Shown here: positions 10,296 through 21,379 of the stretch, in pieces
How positions within the stretch are numbered: position 1 is the first letter of the stretch
How the letters are laid out: each line of letters starts with the position of its first letter
NCBI GenBank assembly: GCA_050575255.1
Contig: JBNZDD010013398.1
Span: forward strand, 225,360 to 289,359
Direction: 5' to 3'
DNA from: Harriotta raleighana
Lineage: Eukaryota
Length of the DNA: 64,000 nucleotides
Notes under the pieces: model-generated
Seen by the model: the letters and a program-made list of their open reading frames with translations, nothing else
Databases searched by the model: none
What the model was told of the DNA's origin: nothing
Position numbers and translations under genes: made by a program

Positions 10296-12707
10296 ATGGC
10301 GTCTTTCGCTTTCATCATAATGGTATCGGGTTTAACGGCTGGACACGTTCAGTATTCAATTCCCGAGGAACTGGAACCCGGTGCCTTTGTAGGGAATATT
10401 GCTGAAGATTTGGGATTGAAGATTCGGGAGCTGGCCATTCGAAAATGTCGGCTGGTCTCTCACAATAAAATGCGATATTTAGAGGTGAATCTGGACAATG
10501 GGATTTTATTCGTAAACGAAAGAATCGACAGAGAACAGATTTGTGGACCCAGCTCGACCTGCTTCCTTTCCTTTGAGGTAACGATGGAAAACCCTTTGCA
10601 AGTACATGATTTTGAAGTCGAAATATTAGTCGTAAACGACAATTCTCCGTTTTTTACGAAAAGCTCATTTTCCATACAGATTGCCGAGTCGGTAGCTCCA
10701 GGCGCCCTTTTTCCTCTTGAGATGGCGCAAGATACCGACTTGGGATCGAACACAGTAAACAATTACGAGATAAACACAAACGAACACTTTGGCCTAAAGT
10801 TATACACAAGAGGCGATGGAAGAAAGGTCCCGGAGTTGTCCTTAGGCAAGCCTTTAGACCGCGAAAGACAATCACGATTTCAGCTGATGTTGACAGCCTT
10901 TGATGATGGTCGACCACAGAGATCGGGCACCGCTCAGATCCTCGTTGATGTAAGAGATATCAATGACAACACACCCGCGTTTGACAGTGAGTTGTACGAA
11001 GCCAGTTTGGAAGAAGATGCGCCACTGGGTACTTTAGTGACAACAGTTAAAGCTGCTGATATAGACGAAGGAATAAATGCCGAGGTAAGATATTCTTTCA
11101 GCAACTATGTCTCACAAACAGAGCGAGAATTGTTCGCTATAGAGCAAAACACTGGAGATATTCGACTGCAAGGGGCACTGGATTTCGAAGAATCGCAGGT
11201 TTATGAACTGACTGTTCAAGCTGTAGACAATGGTGCGCCTGCAATGGCCGGACATTCCAAAGTTGTTGTCACGTTGATTGATGTGAATGATAACAATCCT
11301 GAGATTAAACTCACATCAGTATCCAGTAAAGTGCGCGAGAACGCTGCACCGGGGACGGTGATAGGTGTGATCAGTGTGACAGACCGTGATTCGGGGAAAA
11401 ACGGTGTGGTTCATTGTAAGATTAATGCGAATATTCCATTTAAGCTCCAGAAAAGTCGAGCAAACCTCTACAAGTTAGTCACAAGCCAAATGTTGGATCG
11501 TGAGAAGTTCGATGTGTATAACATCTCTATTTTAGCTTGGGACTTGGGATCTCCGCCTCTTTCATCCAACAAATTCCTGCTGGTCACAGTGTCTGATATC
11601 AATGACAACGCGCCGCGCTTTGACCAGCGCTTATACACCGCATATGTGATGGAGAATAACGCTCCGGGTGACTCGATTCTATCAGTTACAGCTTTGGATG
11701 CCGATTCTGACCAGAATTCCTATGTCACCTATTCCATCCTGGAGAATCAAATAAAGGATATTATGTCCTTTCCTTATATCAGCGTTGACTCCCAAAGTGG
11801 GAAAGTTTACGCGCTGCGATCCTTTGATTACGAGCAGCTCAAAAAGTTTCAGCTCCAAGTCCAGGCGCGGGATTCCGGGTTCCCGCCACTGAGCAGCAAC
11901 GCGGCAGTCACTGTGATTATATTGGATCAAAATGACAACGCTCCAGTGGTGGTTTCCCCTGTAACCAGGAACGGATCAGCAACGGTGGATGCGGTGCCTC
12001 AGTCGGCACCTGTAGGATACTTGGTGACCAAGGTAATGGCGACTGATGCTGATTCTGGTCAAAACGCACGGCTTTCATACCAACTTCTTAAAGCTACTGA
12101 TCGCAGTCTAATCAAAGTTGGACTCAAAACTGGGTACATCAGGTTAATTCGACGTGTATCGATCCAAGATGCCACTATGCAACGTCTCCTTATCTTGGTA
12201 ACTGATAACGGGCAGCCAAACCTCTCTTCCACAGTTACTGTCGCATTTTCAGTTGTGCCGAATGTCACAAAAAAATATTTGGAACACAGTAATGTTATGG
12301 AAATCTATAAGAATTTTTCTGATTTGAATCTGTACTTAATTATAACTTTGGGCTCAACCTCATTGATATTTCTTTTGACTATCATGGCGCTTATTGCCAT
12401 CAAATGCCTCCAAGATAGTGGCAGTGTTGTCGACTCTGTTTTATGCTGTTGCAAAATAAGAGATTCCGGGAATACGTTTACGTGGAGATCTGCACCCAAA
12501 GAATCTCTGAACTATACTGGGGTTAGGGTGAGTGTCCCTGTTCCTGCATCTTACAGATTCGGTGTTTCTCCAGAGTCTGCGAAAACAGATTTTCTGTTCC
12601 TAAAAACCTATGCTCCAACCCTACCCCAAAGCAGCCTCAAAATATCTGATACCAATGGGGAAAAAGAAATTGCCCAGGAAATAATTACTGGTGGAAATAT
12701 GTATTGA
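10296..12707 (+). CDS. Clustered protocadherin, single-exon type (unit 4, group A); alternative start at 10242
   Basis: Intact ORF with 6 EC, TM and SPESAKTDFLFLK tail. Has a 21-nt signal-peptide deletion and DVNDN->VVNDN relative to unit 3. Confidence 0.9.
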   Translation: MASFAFIIMVSGLTAGHVQYSIPEELEPGAFVGNIAEDLGLKIRELAIRKCRLVSHNKMRYLEVNLDNGILFVNERIDREQICGPSSTCFLSFEVTMENPLQVHDFEVEILVVNDNSPFFTKSSFSIQIAESVAPGALFPLEMAQDTDLGSNTVNNYEINTNEHFGLKLYTRGDGRKVPELSLGKPLDRERQSRFQLMLTAFDDGRPQRSGTAQILVDVRDINDNTPAFDSELYEASLEEDAPLGTLVTTVKAADIDEGINAEVRYSFSNYVSQTERELFAIEQNTGDIRLQGALDFEESQVYELTVQAVDNGAPAMAGHSKVVVTLIDVNDNNPEIKLTSVSSKVRENAAPGTVIGVISVTDRDSGKNGVVHCKINANIPFKLQKSRANLYKLVTSQMLDREKFDVYNISILAWDLGSPPLSSNKFLLVTVSDINDNAPRFDQRLYTAYVMENNAPGDSILSVTALDADSDQNSYVTYSILENQIKDIMSFPYISVDSQSGKVYALRSFDYEQLKKFQLQVQARDSGFPPLSSNAAVTVIILDQNDNAPVVVSPVTRNGSATVDAVPQSAPVGYLVTKVMATDADSGQNARLSYQLLKATDRSLIKVGLKTGYIRLIRRVSIQDATMQRLLILVTDNGQPNLSSTVTVAFSVVPNVTKKYLEHSNVMEIYKNFSDLNLYLIITLGSTSLIFLLTIMALIAIKCLQDSGSVVDSVLCCCKIRDSGNTFTWRSAPKESLNYTGVRVSVPVPASYRFGVSPESAKTDFLFLKTYAPTLPQSSLKISDTNGEKEIAQEIITGGNMY

Positions 12708-13335
12708 TTTACTGAGGCTATTATTTGAAATTATATCCAGGTATAATAAGAGCAGGACTAAATAAACAATCTTTGAAGGGTAGATGTATAATTCTTCTTA
12801 AGATAAAAGCTGAAGGAACTTTTTTTAATTTGAGAATTGTGCTTATCAAACATAAATGCTTGGCGTAAATGTATTTTAGTAATGTTCTTCTCGTATCCTA
12901 AAGAATGGAAATTATTTTATTTTTAGTAGATTGTTACCTGGGTCCCAACTTCAACAGCTCATATGCTAACCTCTCCAGTACCTGTACTTTTTAATTGGAA
13001 AACGCATCTGTGTAAGTTTGAATCAGGTATAAGGTACACATTTAACTATTAAGGATGCATGTATTATCTTCACAGTAGATGAAATAATGTAAGTATTTTG
13101 GTTATCGCTTGTTTCCCGCTTGCATTTGGTCTGAGTTTGATTTATAATTGTGATTATATTAATGCTTCACAATATAATGTATAAAAGCATTTTCTTTCTT
13201 GCATACTTTCAGGACAATCTATGATGGATTTGGTTGCACAACATTCCTATTGTTCACACTAAAATAATCAATATGCATGGACTCTAATTGCACTCTTCAT
13301 AAGGCTTAAGTTCGTTGCTAGATCTAAATCTTTTC

Positions 13336-13438
13336 ATAATAATAATAATCCTTGCATTTGATATAGCGCTTTTCACATCTTATCAATGTCCCAAAGCGCT
13401 TCACAGAATATACTGTAAAGTGAATTGACTGTATATTT
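13336..13438 (-). mobile_element. SINE 3' end (tRNA/Deu-domain SINE with L2-like tail)
   Basis: (AAT)n-CCTTGCATTTGATATAGCGCTTTTCAC...CAAAGCGCTTCACAG...GTGAATTGACTGTATATTT, matching the copy at 51680-51790. Confidence 0.8.
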
Positions 13439-14229
13439 AAGTGCACAGAACATTTATAGTTCTTATTTGTCTGGATAATACTTTCTGTTCTGTAATGTGC
13501 ATTCACATATTATTTAACGTTTTGCCAATAAACGGACAGCTACTTACCAACAATAGTATTGTATGGTACTTTCTTTGGGATTATAGTTGCAGCTGTCAGA
13601 ATGGGATAGTTCCCTTCTTCTTATAAATTAGGTAAACGTAATCTTCTTTTCGGAAGAAGTTGATTGCAAAGGTTAGGACATTGCTTTTGTCAGCCAAGTC
13701 AGTGATCACAAGTGTGCAATCCATGTCCTTTCTGGTTTGTTTAATTCAAGATCATAGCACGGGGAGAGTTTAACCAGAGAATGATGCTCTCTATGTTTTA
13801 AAGAGAAGCTTGGATTCTTATTTTAATCCCTTTACATGTATCAGGCAGGTTTTGATGAACTTTTTTTTCCAACCAAGTCTGGTGTTGGATACCCATTTTC
13901 TTTTATGATTAACGTTTAAGAAAACATAGTCATATTTTGAGACCATTTTGTTCAATTTACATTATCTACCATTAACTGAATAAAACACAATTTATGACCT
14001 CGAATGGATAGGTGTATTCTGTGCAAAGTACAAAATCTCATACCATGATTGTGAAGGAAAAAATGGCCCTTCATTATCCCAGGATGAATTTATTACACAT
14101 TGCGAAATATTCATCAATTCGTAACAATATACATAGATCACGAAACATATGAGATTTGGTTTATAGAATGCTAAAAGATAGTTCATTGGTATTACACTTC
14201 CATGTATTCTCGCTTTAAGAAATGCTCAA

Positions 14230-14299
14230 TGCAGTTGTTGACCGGGACTCTTTGTGTCTCTGTCTACCAATAAGAAGCTGAGTCGCTGGGACAGATCTA
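14230..14299 (+). promoter_or_regulatory. Pcdh CSE promoter with mutated CGCT box (unit 5, pseudogene)
   Basis: GTGTCTCTGTCTACCAATAAG at 14254-14274 (CGCT->CTCT); other modules present. Confidence 0.85.
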
Positions 14300-14537
14300 A
14301 CCCCTCCCACTTTACAAAAAAACGCAGAAACAGTCCTGTGACTGAGGCAGTCGAATGGTGCCTACGTTTGCTTTTTGGAGCTATGTTTAGAAAGAAGGAA
14401 CTAGAAGATTTGCAATGCTCAGTTTAACATGAACATTACCATTTATTTAAAAGCAGATATTATGGTATGAAAATATATCGAATTTGAAGGATTCGAGGAA
14501 ATATAACTACATAAAACAAATTTAAACCGAGTCAAAA

Positions 14538-16131
14538 ATGGCGAGTGCTTTGAACAACAATGCTTCTTTCATTCTCTTCTGGTCTCTTTATTCTCTTCTG
14601 GTTTCCGATTTGGTTTTCGGACAAATTCGGTACTCCATTCCCGAGGAATTGGAGCAGGATGCTTTAGTTGGGAATATCGCTGAAGATTTGGCACTGGACG
14701 TTCAGCGGTTGTCAGCTCGCAAGCTCAGACTGGTTTCCGATGATGGAAAGCGTTATCTGGAGGTAAATATGCTGAATAGGATTTTGTTTGTGAATGAGAG
14801 AATCGACAGAGAAAAGGTCTGTGGACAGAGCTCTACCTGCTTCATTTACTTTGAAGTGTCGGTCGAAAAACCTTTGGAAATGTATCGTGTCGAAGTGGAG
14901 AATTAGACATAAATGACAGTTCACCCAGTTTTCCTAAGGGTCTATTTTCCTTGCAAATATTTGAGTTGGTTGCAAGGGGAACATCCTTCCCTCTCGAGCG
15001 CGCGCATGATCCGGACGCAGGGATAAACACAATAATCACGTACCAGATAAGCCCAAATGAGCATTTTGGCCGAGCAATCGAGACGAGAAGTGATGGCACC
15101 AACACTGCTGAACTGGTTTTGCAGAAGCCTTTAGATCGCGAACAGCAGTCAACCTTTCAGCTGACGCTGACGGCCATTGATGGTGGCATCCCGCACAGAT
15201 CTGGCTCGGCTCAGGTTTTTAACACTGTCCTGGATGCTAACGACAACGGCCCCGTTTTCAGTCAAAAGATATACAGGGCGAACTTGTTAGAAAATACACC
15301 CAAGGATACCTTAGTGATCAGAATACAAGCTGTCGATTTAGATGAAAGTCAAAACGATGAGGTGAAATATTCTTTCAGTGATCGCGCTTCCCTAAAGGTC
15401 CGCGAATTATTTAATGTGGATCCGATTACGGGAGATATGAGAGTTCAAGGGTTACTGGATTTTGAAGAAAAAAATATTTGCGAACATGATGTACAAGCGG
15501 TGGACAATGCCCCGCATAATATGGAGGGATATGCTAAAGTTCCTGTCGGAATAATTGATGTCAATGATAACGCTCCCAATATAAAACTAACATAATTGTC
15601 TGGCACGGTGTCAGAAGATGCTTTTTCCGGCTATGTAATTGCTCTGATCACGGTAAGAGATCGTGATACTGGCAAGAATAGACAAGTTGATTGCCAGCTA
15701 GCGAGGAACTTGATAACGGTACTGAACAATTCCTTGAACGAAATGGACACCCTGTAACAGTTGGATATTTTTCGCCATTAAATATTTATTTATTCATTGC
15801 TTTGGGAACGAAGTCCGTGATATTTCTTGCCATATTAACTTGCCTGGTGAGCATCAAGTGTAAGCAAGACAGCAGTATCATCCAGGGGTACAACGGCTCG
15901 GCTTGTTGCTGTCTCGGGCCTCAGAGTTCAGACAATACACTTTACAGGAGACCCACGGCAAAAGAATATTTAAACTATACTGGGAGAGGGAAGACGCTTC
16001 CGATGCCTGATAAGTGTAATTTCAGTGTCTGTTTATCTCCAGAATCCTCCAAGAGTGAATTCCTGTTTCTGAAGCCCTGCAATCCAATTCTTGGTGATAT
16101 CAATTTTGGTGACGCCGGCAACTACCAATGA
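14538..16131 (+). pseudogene. Clustered protocadherin pseudogene with large internal deletion (unit 5, group A)
   Basis: 1-nt frameshift near 14901 and TAA at 15593. Sequence jumps from mid-EC4 (DCQ, ~15697) to the juxtamembrane/TM region, so EC5-EC6 are missing. Tail FSVCLSPESSKSEFLFLKP retained. Confidence 0.93.
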
Positions 16132-16419
16132 TACACACTGACATAGTTATGCGATGGATTCATGTAACAGCAGTACATTTGGCTCGTGAGGTTCACCTTT
16201 ATGAAAAAGAGTTGGTACAGTTATATATGCATGGTGATAGGGAAACATTGTCTATAAATGCTAGATTTTATATAGTTCCTAGTTGTACATTTGCTTGTTG
16301 TAGTGTGATAGTTCGATTGTCAGTGATAAATGTTCTGAACAAAAGCGAGAAACGAGATCCTCCCAACTACTCGCGGGTGTTCTCGGCCTATTTAGATGTT
16401 CTTCCCAAACACCCTGTTT

Positions 16420-16620
16420 GATCTGTTACTAACTATATCATCATCCATCCCCCCAAAAATGGCCATTTCTTGCACGACTGTTTGTGGGTCACTAATGTGT
16501 GCAACTGGGTGCCATCTTTCGCCCACAAAATATACAGTCAACTCACTCTATACTTTTTCTTAGAAGCGCTTTTAGCCGTCTCGAAAACGCAATATGGCTC
16601 TATATCAAATGCAATGGTTA
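16420..16620 (+). mobile_element. Deu-domain SINE fragment
   Basis: TGTTTGTGGG...GTGTGCAACTGGGTGCC...CCCACAAAATATACAGTCAA...AAGCGCTTT...TATATCAAATGCAA. Confidence 0.7.
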
Positions 16621-16702
16621 CAGGTATTTTTATTTTGTTCATGGAGCGTTAAATGTTGCGCTCAATGTTGGAAGATGCAACCTTGCTTTAAGAAACGCAG
16701 AT

Positions 16703-16772
16703 TGTAATTATTGGATGAGGCTGTTTGTGTCGCTGTCTACCAATAAGGAAGTGAAACGTCGCTAGAGATCCA
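16703..16772 (+). promoter_or_regulatory. Pcdh CSE promoter (unit 6)
   Basis: TGTAATTATTGG...GTGTCGCTGTCTACCAATAAG (16727-16747)...GAGATCCA. Confidence 0.9.
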
Positions 16773-17024
16773 TCAGTTTTCCTCCTCCCCCATCATCCAG
16801 TACAAAAGCGCAGAGAGAAGCCCAGTTGTTTCTTTCTTTATGTCTCGCTGCCACGTTCAGAGCCAGGGAGCCTTTATGCTACTTATTTTTGGACCAAATA
16901 CCATTATTTATAACATATATACATATATATATGCAGAATTCGCATAACCGCTGAATTACAAAATTCAGATTATTTATTTATTTAGTTCTGATTATTTATT
17001 TTCAAAACGGATTTAGTGTGTAAA

Positions 17025-19472
17025 ATGGCGAACCTACAGAGCAGAAGGATATTTAACTGCCTGGCGTTTCATTGCGTTTTCCTGTTGTGTGTTTCGGACA
17101 TGGCTGACGGTCAGATTCGCTACTCAATTCTCGAGGAACTGGAGATCGGAGACTTTGTGGGGAATATCGCTGAGTATTTGGGAATGGACGCTCCGGCAAT
17201 GTCAGCTCGGGACTTGCAGCTGGTCTTTGATGGCAACACACGGTATTTTGAGGTAAATTTGGACACTGGAATGTTATGTGTAGATGAACGAATTGACAGA
17301 GAACAGCTTTGTGCTCAGAGCCCCAGCTGCTTCCTTTCTTTTGAGATTACCATCCAAAACCCTGCAGAGATGTACAGCGTGGAGGTAAAGATATTAGACG
17401 TGAATGACAATTCGCCCAGTTTTCCGAAGAGTGATTTTTTCTTGGAGGTCGGCGAGTCAATCTCTCCGGGTGCTCGATTCCCCCTGGAGAGCGCGTATGA
17501 TCCCGATGTGGCTACAAACACGATTCAAAATTACGAGGTCAGTTCAAACGAGTATTTCGGCCTGAATATACAGACCACGAGCGACGGAAATAAAGTTGCC
17601 GAGTTATTGTTGGAGAAATCTTTAGACCGGGAAAGAGAGACAACCTTTCAGTTAATACTGACAGCAATTGATGGCGGCTTCCCCGAGAAATCAGGCACCG
17701 CACGGATTATCATCAGTGTCTTAGATGCAAATGACAACGCGCCTACTTTCGATCGTGAACTTTATGAAGTAAAATTACGAGAGAACTCGCCAACGGGTAC
17801 CCCAGTGGTCACAGTTAATGCGGTTGATTTAGATGAAGGTGCAAACGCTGAGGTGACATATTCTTTCAGTAATCACGCTTCCCAAAGGGTTCGTGTACTG
17901 TTCGGTTTGGACTCAAAAACGGGAGAAATTAGAGTAAAGGGAACGTTGGATTTTGAAGAAGCAAAGGTTTATGAATTGGCTATACAAGCCACGGACAACG
18001 GTCAATTCGCCCTGAAAGGTCATTGCAAAGTTTTGGTGGAAATAATCGACATAAATGATAATCCTCCAGAGATAAAACTGAGATCAGCTTTCAGCACTGT
18101 GCCTGAGAACGTGGCGCCGGGGACGGTGATAATTCTCATCGGTATTACGGATACAGATTCTGGAGTAAACGGGCAAGTGGACTGCCAAATCCCCGACATC
18201 ATTCCCTTTACACTCCAATCGTCTTCGGAAAACCAATACAAATTGGTGACCAGCGGCTCGTTGGATCGGGAAGCGACCCCCACGTATAACATCACAATTC
18301 TGGCCTGGGACCTAGGGTCTCCGCCTCTTTACGCAAACAAAACCATTTCGGTGTCGGTGTCGGACGTCAATGATAATGCACCACGGTTTGAACAGCCCTC
18401 ATATACCATCTACCTGACAGAAAATAACACTCCCGGCGCTTCTGTTTGTTCAGTCCCCGCCCTCGACCCTGATTTGGATCAAAATTCTTATGTCACATAT
18501 ACTTTATTGGGTGGTTTGATTCAGGGAGAATCGGCTTCGGCTTATATCAGTGTTAATTCCATCAATGGGGACGTTTACGCGCTGCGATCCTTTGATTACG
18601 AGGCATTGAAGAACTTCCACATCCAGGTTCAAGCCCGCGATGCTGGCGTCCCCCCACTGAGCAGCAGCACAACAATCAACATGATTATTTTGGATCAAAA
18701 CGATAATGCGCCAATGGTCATCTCGCCTTTAACCCGGGATGGATCAATCGCGGTGGAAACTGTGCCCAGGTCAGCGGGGATAGGTTACCTGATCACCAGG
18801 GTGGTGGCGGCTGATGCAGATTCTGGGCAAAACTCAAGGCTATCCTACAAGTTGCTAAAAGGTACTGATCCCAGTTTATTCGGTGTGGGGCTTTACTCCG
18901 GGGAAATCAGAACGACTCGCAGCTTTTTAGACGAAGACTTCGCGACTCGAAGACTGGTTATAACGATAAGAGACAACGGCCAACCAATGCTGTCTGCCTC
19001 TGTCGCCATTTTCTTTTCCATTGTAGATAATGTTACTGAAAATCACCACGGCCGAAATGATTTGCAATCAAAGCCAGAATACTTCTCGGATCTGAATATG
19101 TATTTGATCATCATTTTAGCGTCAATTTCATTTATATTTTTAGTGGCAATTCTTGCCCTTGTTGCTGTGAAATGCCAGCAGGACAGAAACGCTGGCTCCG
19201 ATTGCGTCACTGCAATATGCTGCTGGGGGTGCAAGAGATCGAGAGATGTTTCTGATCGTGCATCCGCACCAAACGAATGTCCGAATTACACAGGATATAA
19301 TCCTGGAGTTTATAATTATCAGGTGTGTCTATCTCCAGAATCAGCAAAGAGTGATTTTCTGTTTTTAAGAAGTTATAATTCAACCCTCCCCAAGGGTAAT
19401 ATGGAGGTCACTGACCCTAAGGCAGACAAAGCAATTTGCGAGCAAACTAGAGCTGCTGATTATAAACATTGA
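17025..19472 (+). CDS. Clustered protocadherin, single-exon type (unit 6, group A)
   Basis: Intact ORF MANLQSRR..., QIRYSI mature N-terminus, 6 EC, TM, YNYQVCLSPESAKSDFLFLR. Confidence 0.95.
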   Translation: MANLQSRRIFNCLAFHCVFLLCVSDMADGQIRYSILEELEIGDFVGNIAEYLGMDAPAMSARDLQLVFDGNTRYFEVNLDTGMLCVDERIDREQLCAQSPSCFLSFEITIQNPAEMYSVEVKILDVNDNSPSFPKSDFFLEVGESISPGARFPLESAYDPDVATNTIQNYEVSSNEYFGLNIQTTSDGNKVAELLLEKSLDRERETTFQLILTAIDGGFPEKSGTARIIISVLDANDNAPTFDRELYEVKLRENSPTGTPVVTVNAVDLDEGANAEVTYSFSNHASQRVRVLFGLDSKTGEIRVKGTLDFEEAKVYELAIQATDNGQFALKGHCKVLVEIIDINDNPPEIKLRSAFSTVPENVAPGTVIILIGITDTDSGVNGQVDCQIPDIIPFTLQSSSENQYKLVTSGSLDREATPTYNITILAWDLGSPPLYANKTISVSVSDVNDNAPRFEQPSYTIYLTENNTPGASVCSVPALDPDLDQNSYVTYTLLGGLIQGESASAYISVNSINGDVYALRSFDYEALKNFHIQVQARDAGVPPLSSSTTINMIILDQNDNAPMVISPLTRDGSIAVETVPRSAGIGYLITRVVAADADSGQNSRLSYKLLKGTDPSLFGVGLYSGEIRTTRSFLDEDFATRRLVITIRDNGQPMLSASVAIFFSIVDNVTENHHGRNDLQSKPEYFSDLNMYLIIILASISFIFLVAILALVAVKCQQDRNAGSDCVTAICCWGCKRSRDVSDRASAPNECPNYTGYNPGVYNYQVCLSPESAKSDFLFLRSYNSTLPKGNMEVTDPKADKAICEQTRAADYKH

Positions 19473-19939
19473 TTCACCCAGATGGGTATTTAAATTCCCA
19501 AATTCCAAATTAAGATAAATGTATTCATATGACTGTTCTATTTCGTAGACTGTAAACACATGATTCACGTGTGTGCATGTGTAGACATTTTCAACCCACC
19601 ATGTGTATCTAAATCTATAGCAAGTATACAATCCTAGATTGATATTTGGCAAAGCTATTTTGATGCATTGGACAACCTTAAACAAGTTGTGATAATCAGA
19701 TGAACAAGAGAATGATAAAAATTCGTATTGAACATATCGAAATCATATAGTTCCTCTATATTATTTGTTTTGGTGCAAAGTAGTTACTTGTTTTACTGTT
19801 AATTGCAGCATAGTTTATATCATTTCTAATCAGAGCATATGTTGTACAAAGAAGAACATAATTTATATAGTTGCAGGAAAATAAGTTAATACGTAGCCTT
19901 TCCAAAGCAGCACAAGTTTTATCAAATCTGCTTTACAGT

Positions 19940-20330
19940 GTTTTACGACTTGTCAATGTCTTTGTCACCTCTCAGCTGGACTACTCCAACGCCCTCCTCA
20001 CTAGTCTCCCCTCCACCAATATTCACAAATTCCAGCTCATACAAAATTCTGTCGCCCACGTTCTTACATGAACAAAACTTTACTCCCCAATTACCTCTAT
20101 CCTCGCCAAACTTCACTGGCTCACTGTCACAGAGCGGATTGATTTAAAGATTCTCATTCTTGTGCTTAAGTTCCTCCATTGCTCTGCACTCCCCCTACGT
20201 CTAACCTACTCTTTCGTCACAGCAGCACCCGCTGACTGCGCTCTCCTGGGTTTGGCCTCCTCCTTGTCCCTCGGATCCTCCGAACTGCCGTCAGCGGCCA
20301 TGCTTTCCGTCACTGTGCTCAGCAATTGTA
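19940..20330 (+). mobile_element. L2-clade LINE 3' fragment
   Basis: Translates to FVTSQLDYSNALLTSLP...FQLIQNSVAHVL, typical of the L2 ORF2 C-terminus; degraded. Confidence 0.8.
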
Positions 20331-21116
20331 GAACCACCTTCAGTTTTATATGAATACACGTTGTTATTAATTATGGCAGGTTGGAGTGGGACATATTGAT
20401 GTTTAGCTTTTTTTCTGCTAAACAAGCGAACTTCCCTCTTGGAAATTATGTCATCTCGTGTTGGTACCGAATCCAAACTGATTCAGTACTATCACACAGT
20501 GCAGGTTTCTGCAAATTCTTATTTGTCTCTGCTGTGCTCATTGTCTGGTAGAATGCCTCGCCAAAGGCCTGAAATAAAACATAGCAAACGTTTCCATTGA
20601 AATATACATAACTGCAATCATAAAACAATTTGGTAGAAACTATAAAACAGTAACTCTTCAGGTGCAAAAATTAATATTGCAGCATTGTAGAAAATATCAG
20701 GAAAAATAACGTCGTTTAAGATTTAAGACCAGCTTTTTGTATCTATTGTAACTAGTTTGTCGAGTTCCATGGAAGTTTTCACCATGTTTACCTCAAAACT
20801 GCTATGCAAAAATCAAAAAGAATTGGCCCGAATATCTCGACTCTTCAAATTATAATATTACTCTAATTTAAAATGAACCAGAACACGAAAGTCTATGAAA
20901 GGTCTTTAGGAATTGATGGTTTTCTTTCAGGCCGTTGGGGAGAAAGTTTCTCAATGTGTTATTTGTGAAAACCTTAATTACATTTTAAAACAATAGCGCT
21001 GATTCGGTTTTACTAAAATGCAACAGTATAAATGCTGTATTTTTACGCAAAGGAATATTGGTTTGTAACTGATTTTGAATGCGAATAAAACTAGACCAGC
21101 TTTAAATATCACTTGA

Positions 21117-21186
21117 TGCAGTTATTGGGCGTGACTCTCTGTGTCGCTGTCTACCAATAAGAAGCTGAAACGTTTGTGGAGATCTA
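21117..21186 (+). promoter_or_regulatory. Pcdh CSE promoter (unit 7)
   Basis: TGCAGTTATTGG...GTGTCGCTGTCTACCAATAAG (21141-21161)...GAGATCTA. Confidence 0.9.
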
Positions 21187-21379
21187 TCAGCCCTCCCCCA
21201 TCGCCACATCGCAGGCCAGACTCAGAGAGACAGTCTGCATTTGCGCATTCTAAACCCGATCGGAGAAACAAAGGCCGAGTCTTAGCATTTCTGGATTTAC
21301 ATTCGATATTTCCATTTTAAGAGTCGCGTTTTGGTAGTATAAGGATCTAGGGTTATTTTTCAGAATATTTTAAACTCGA

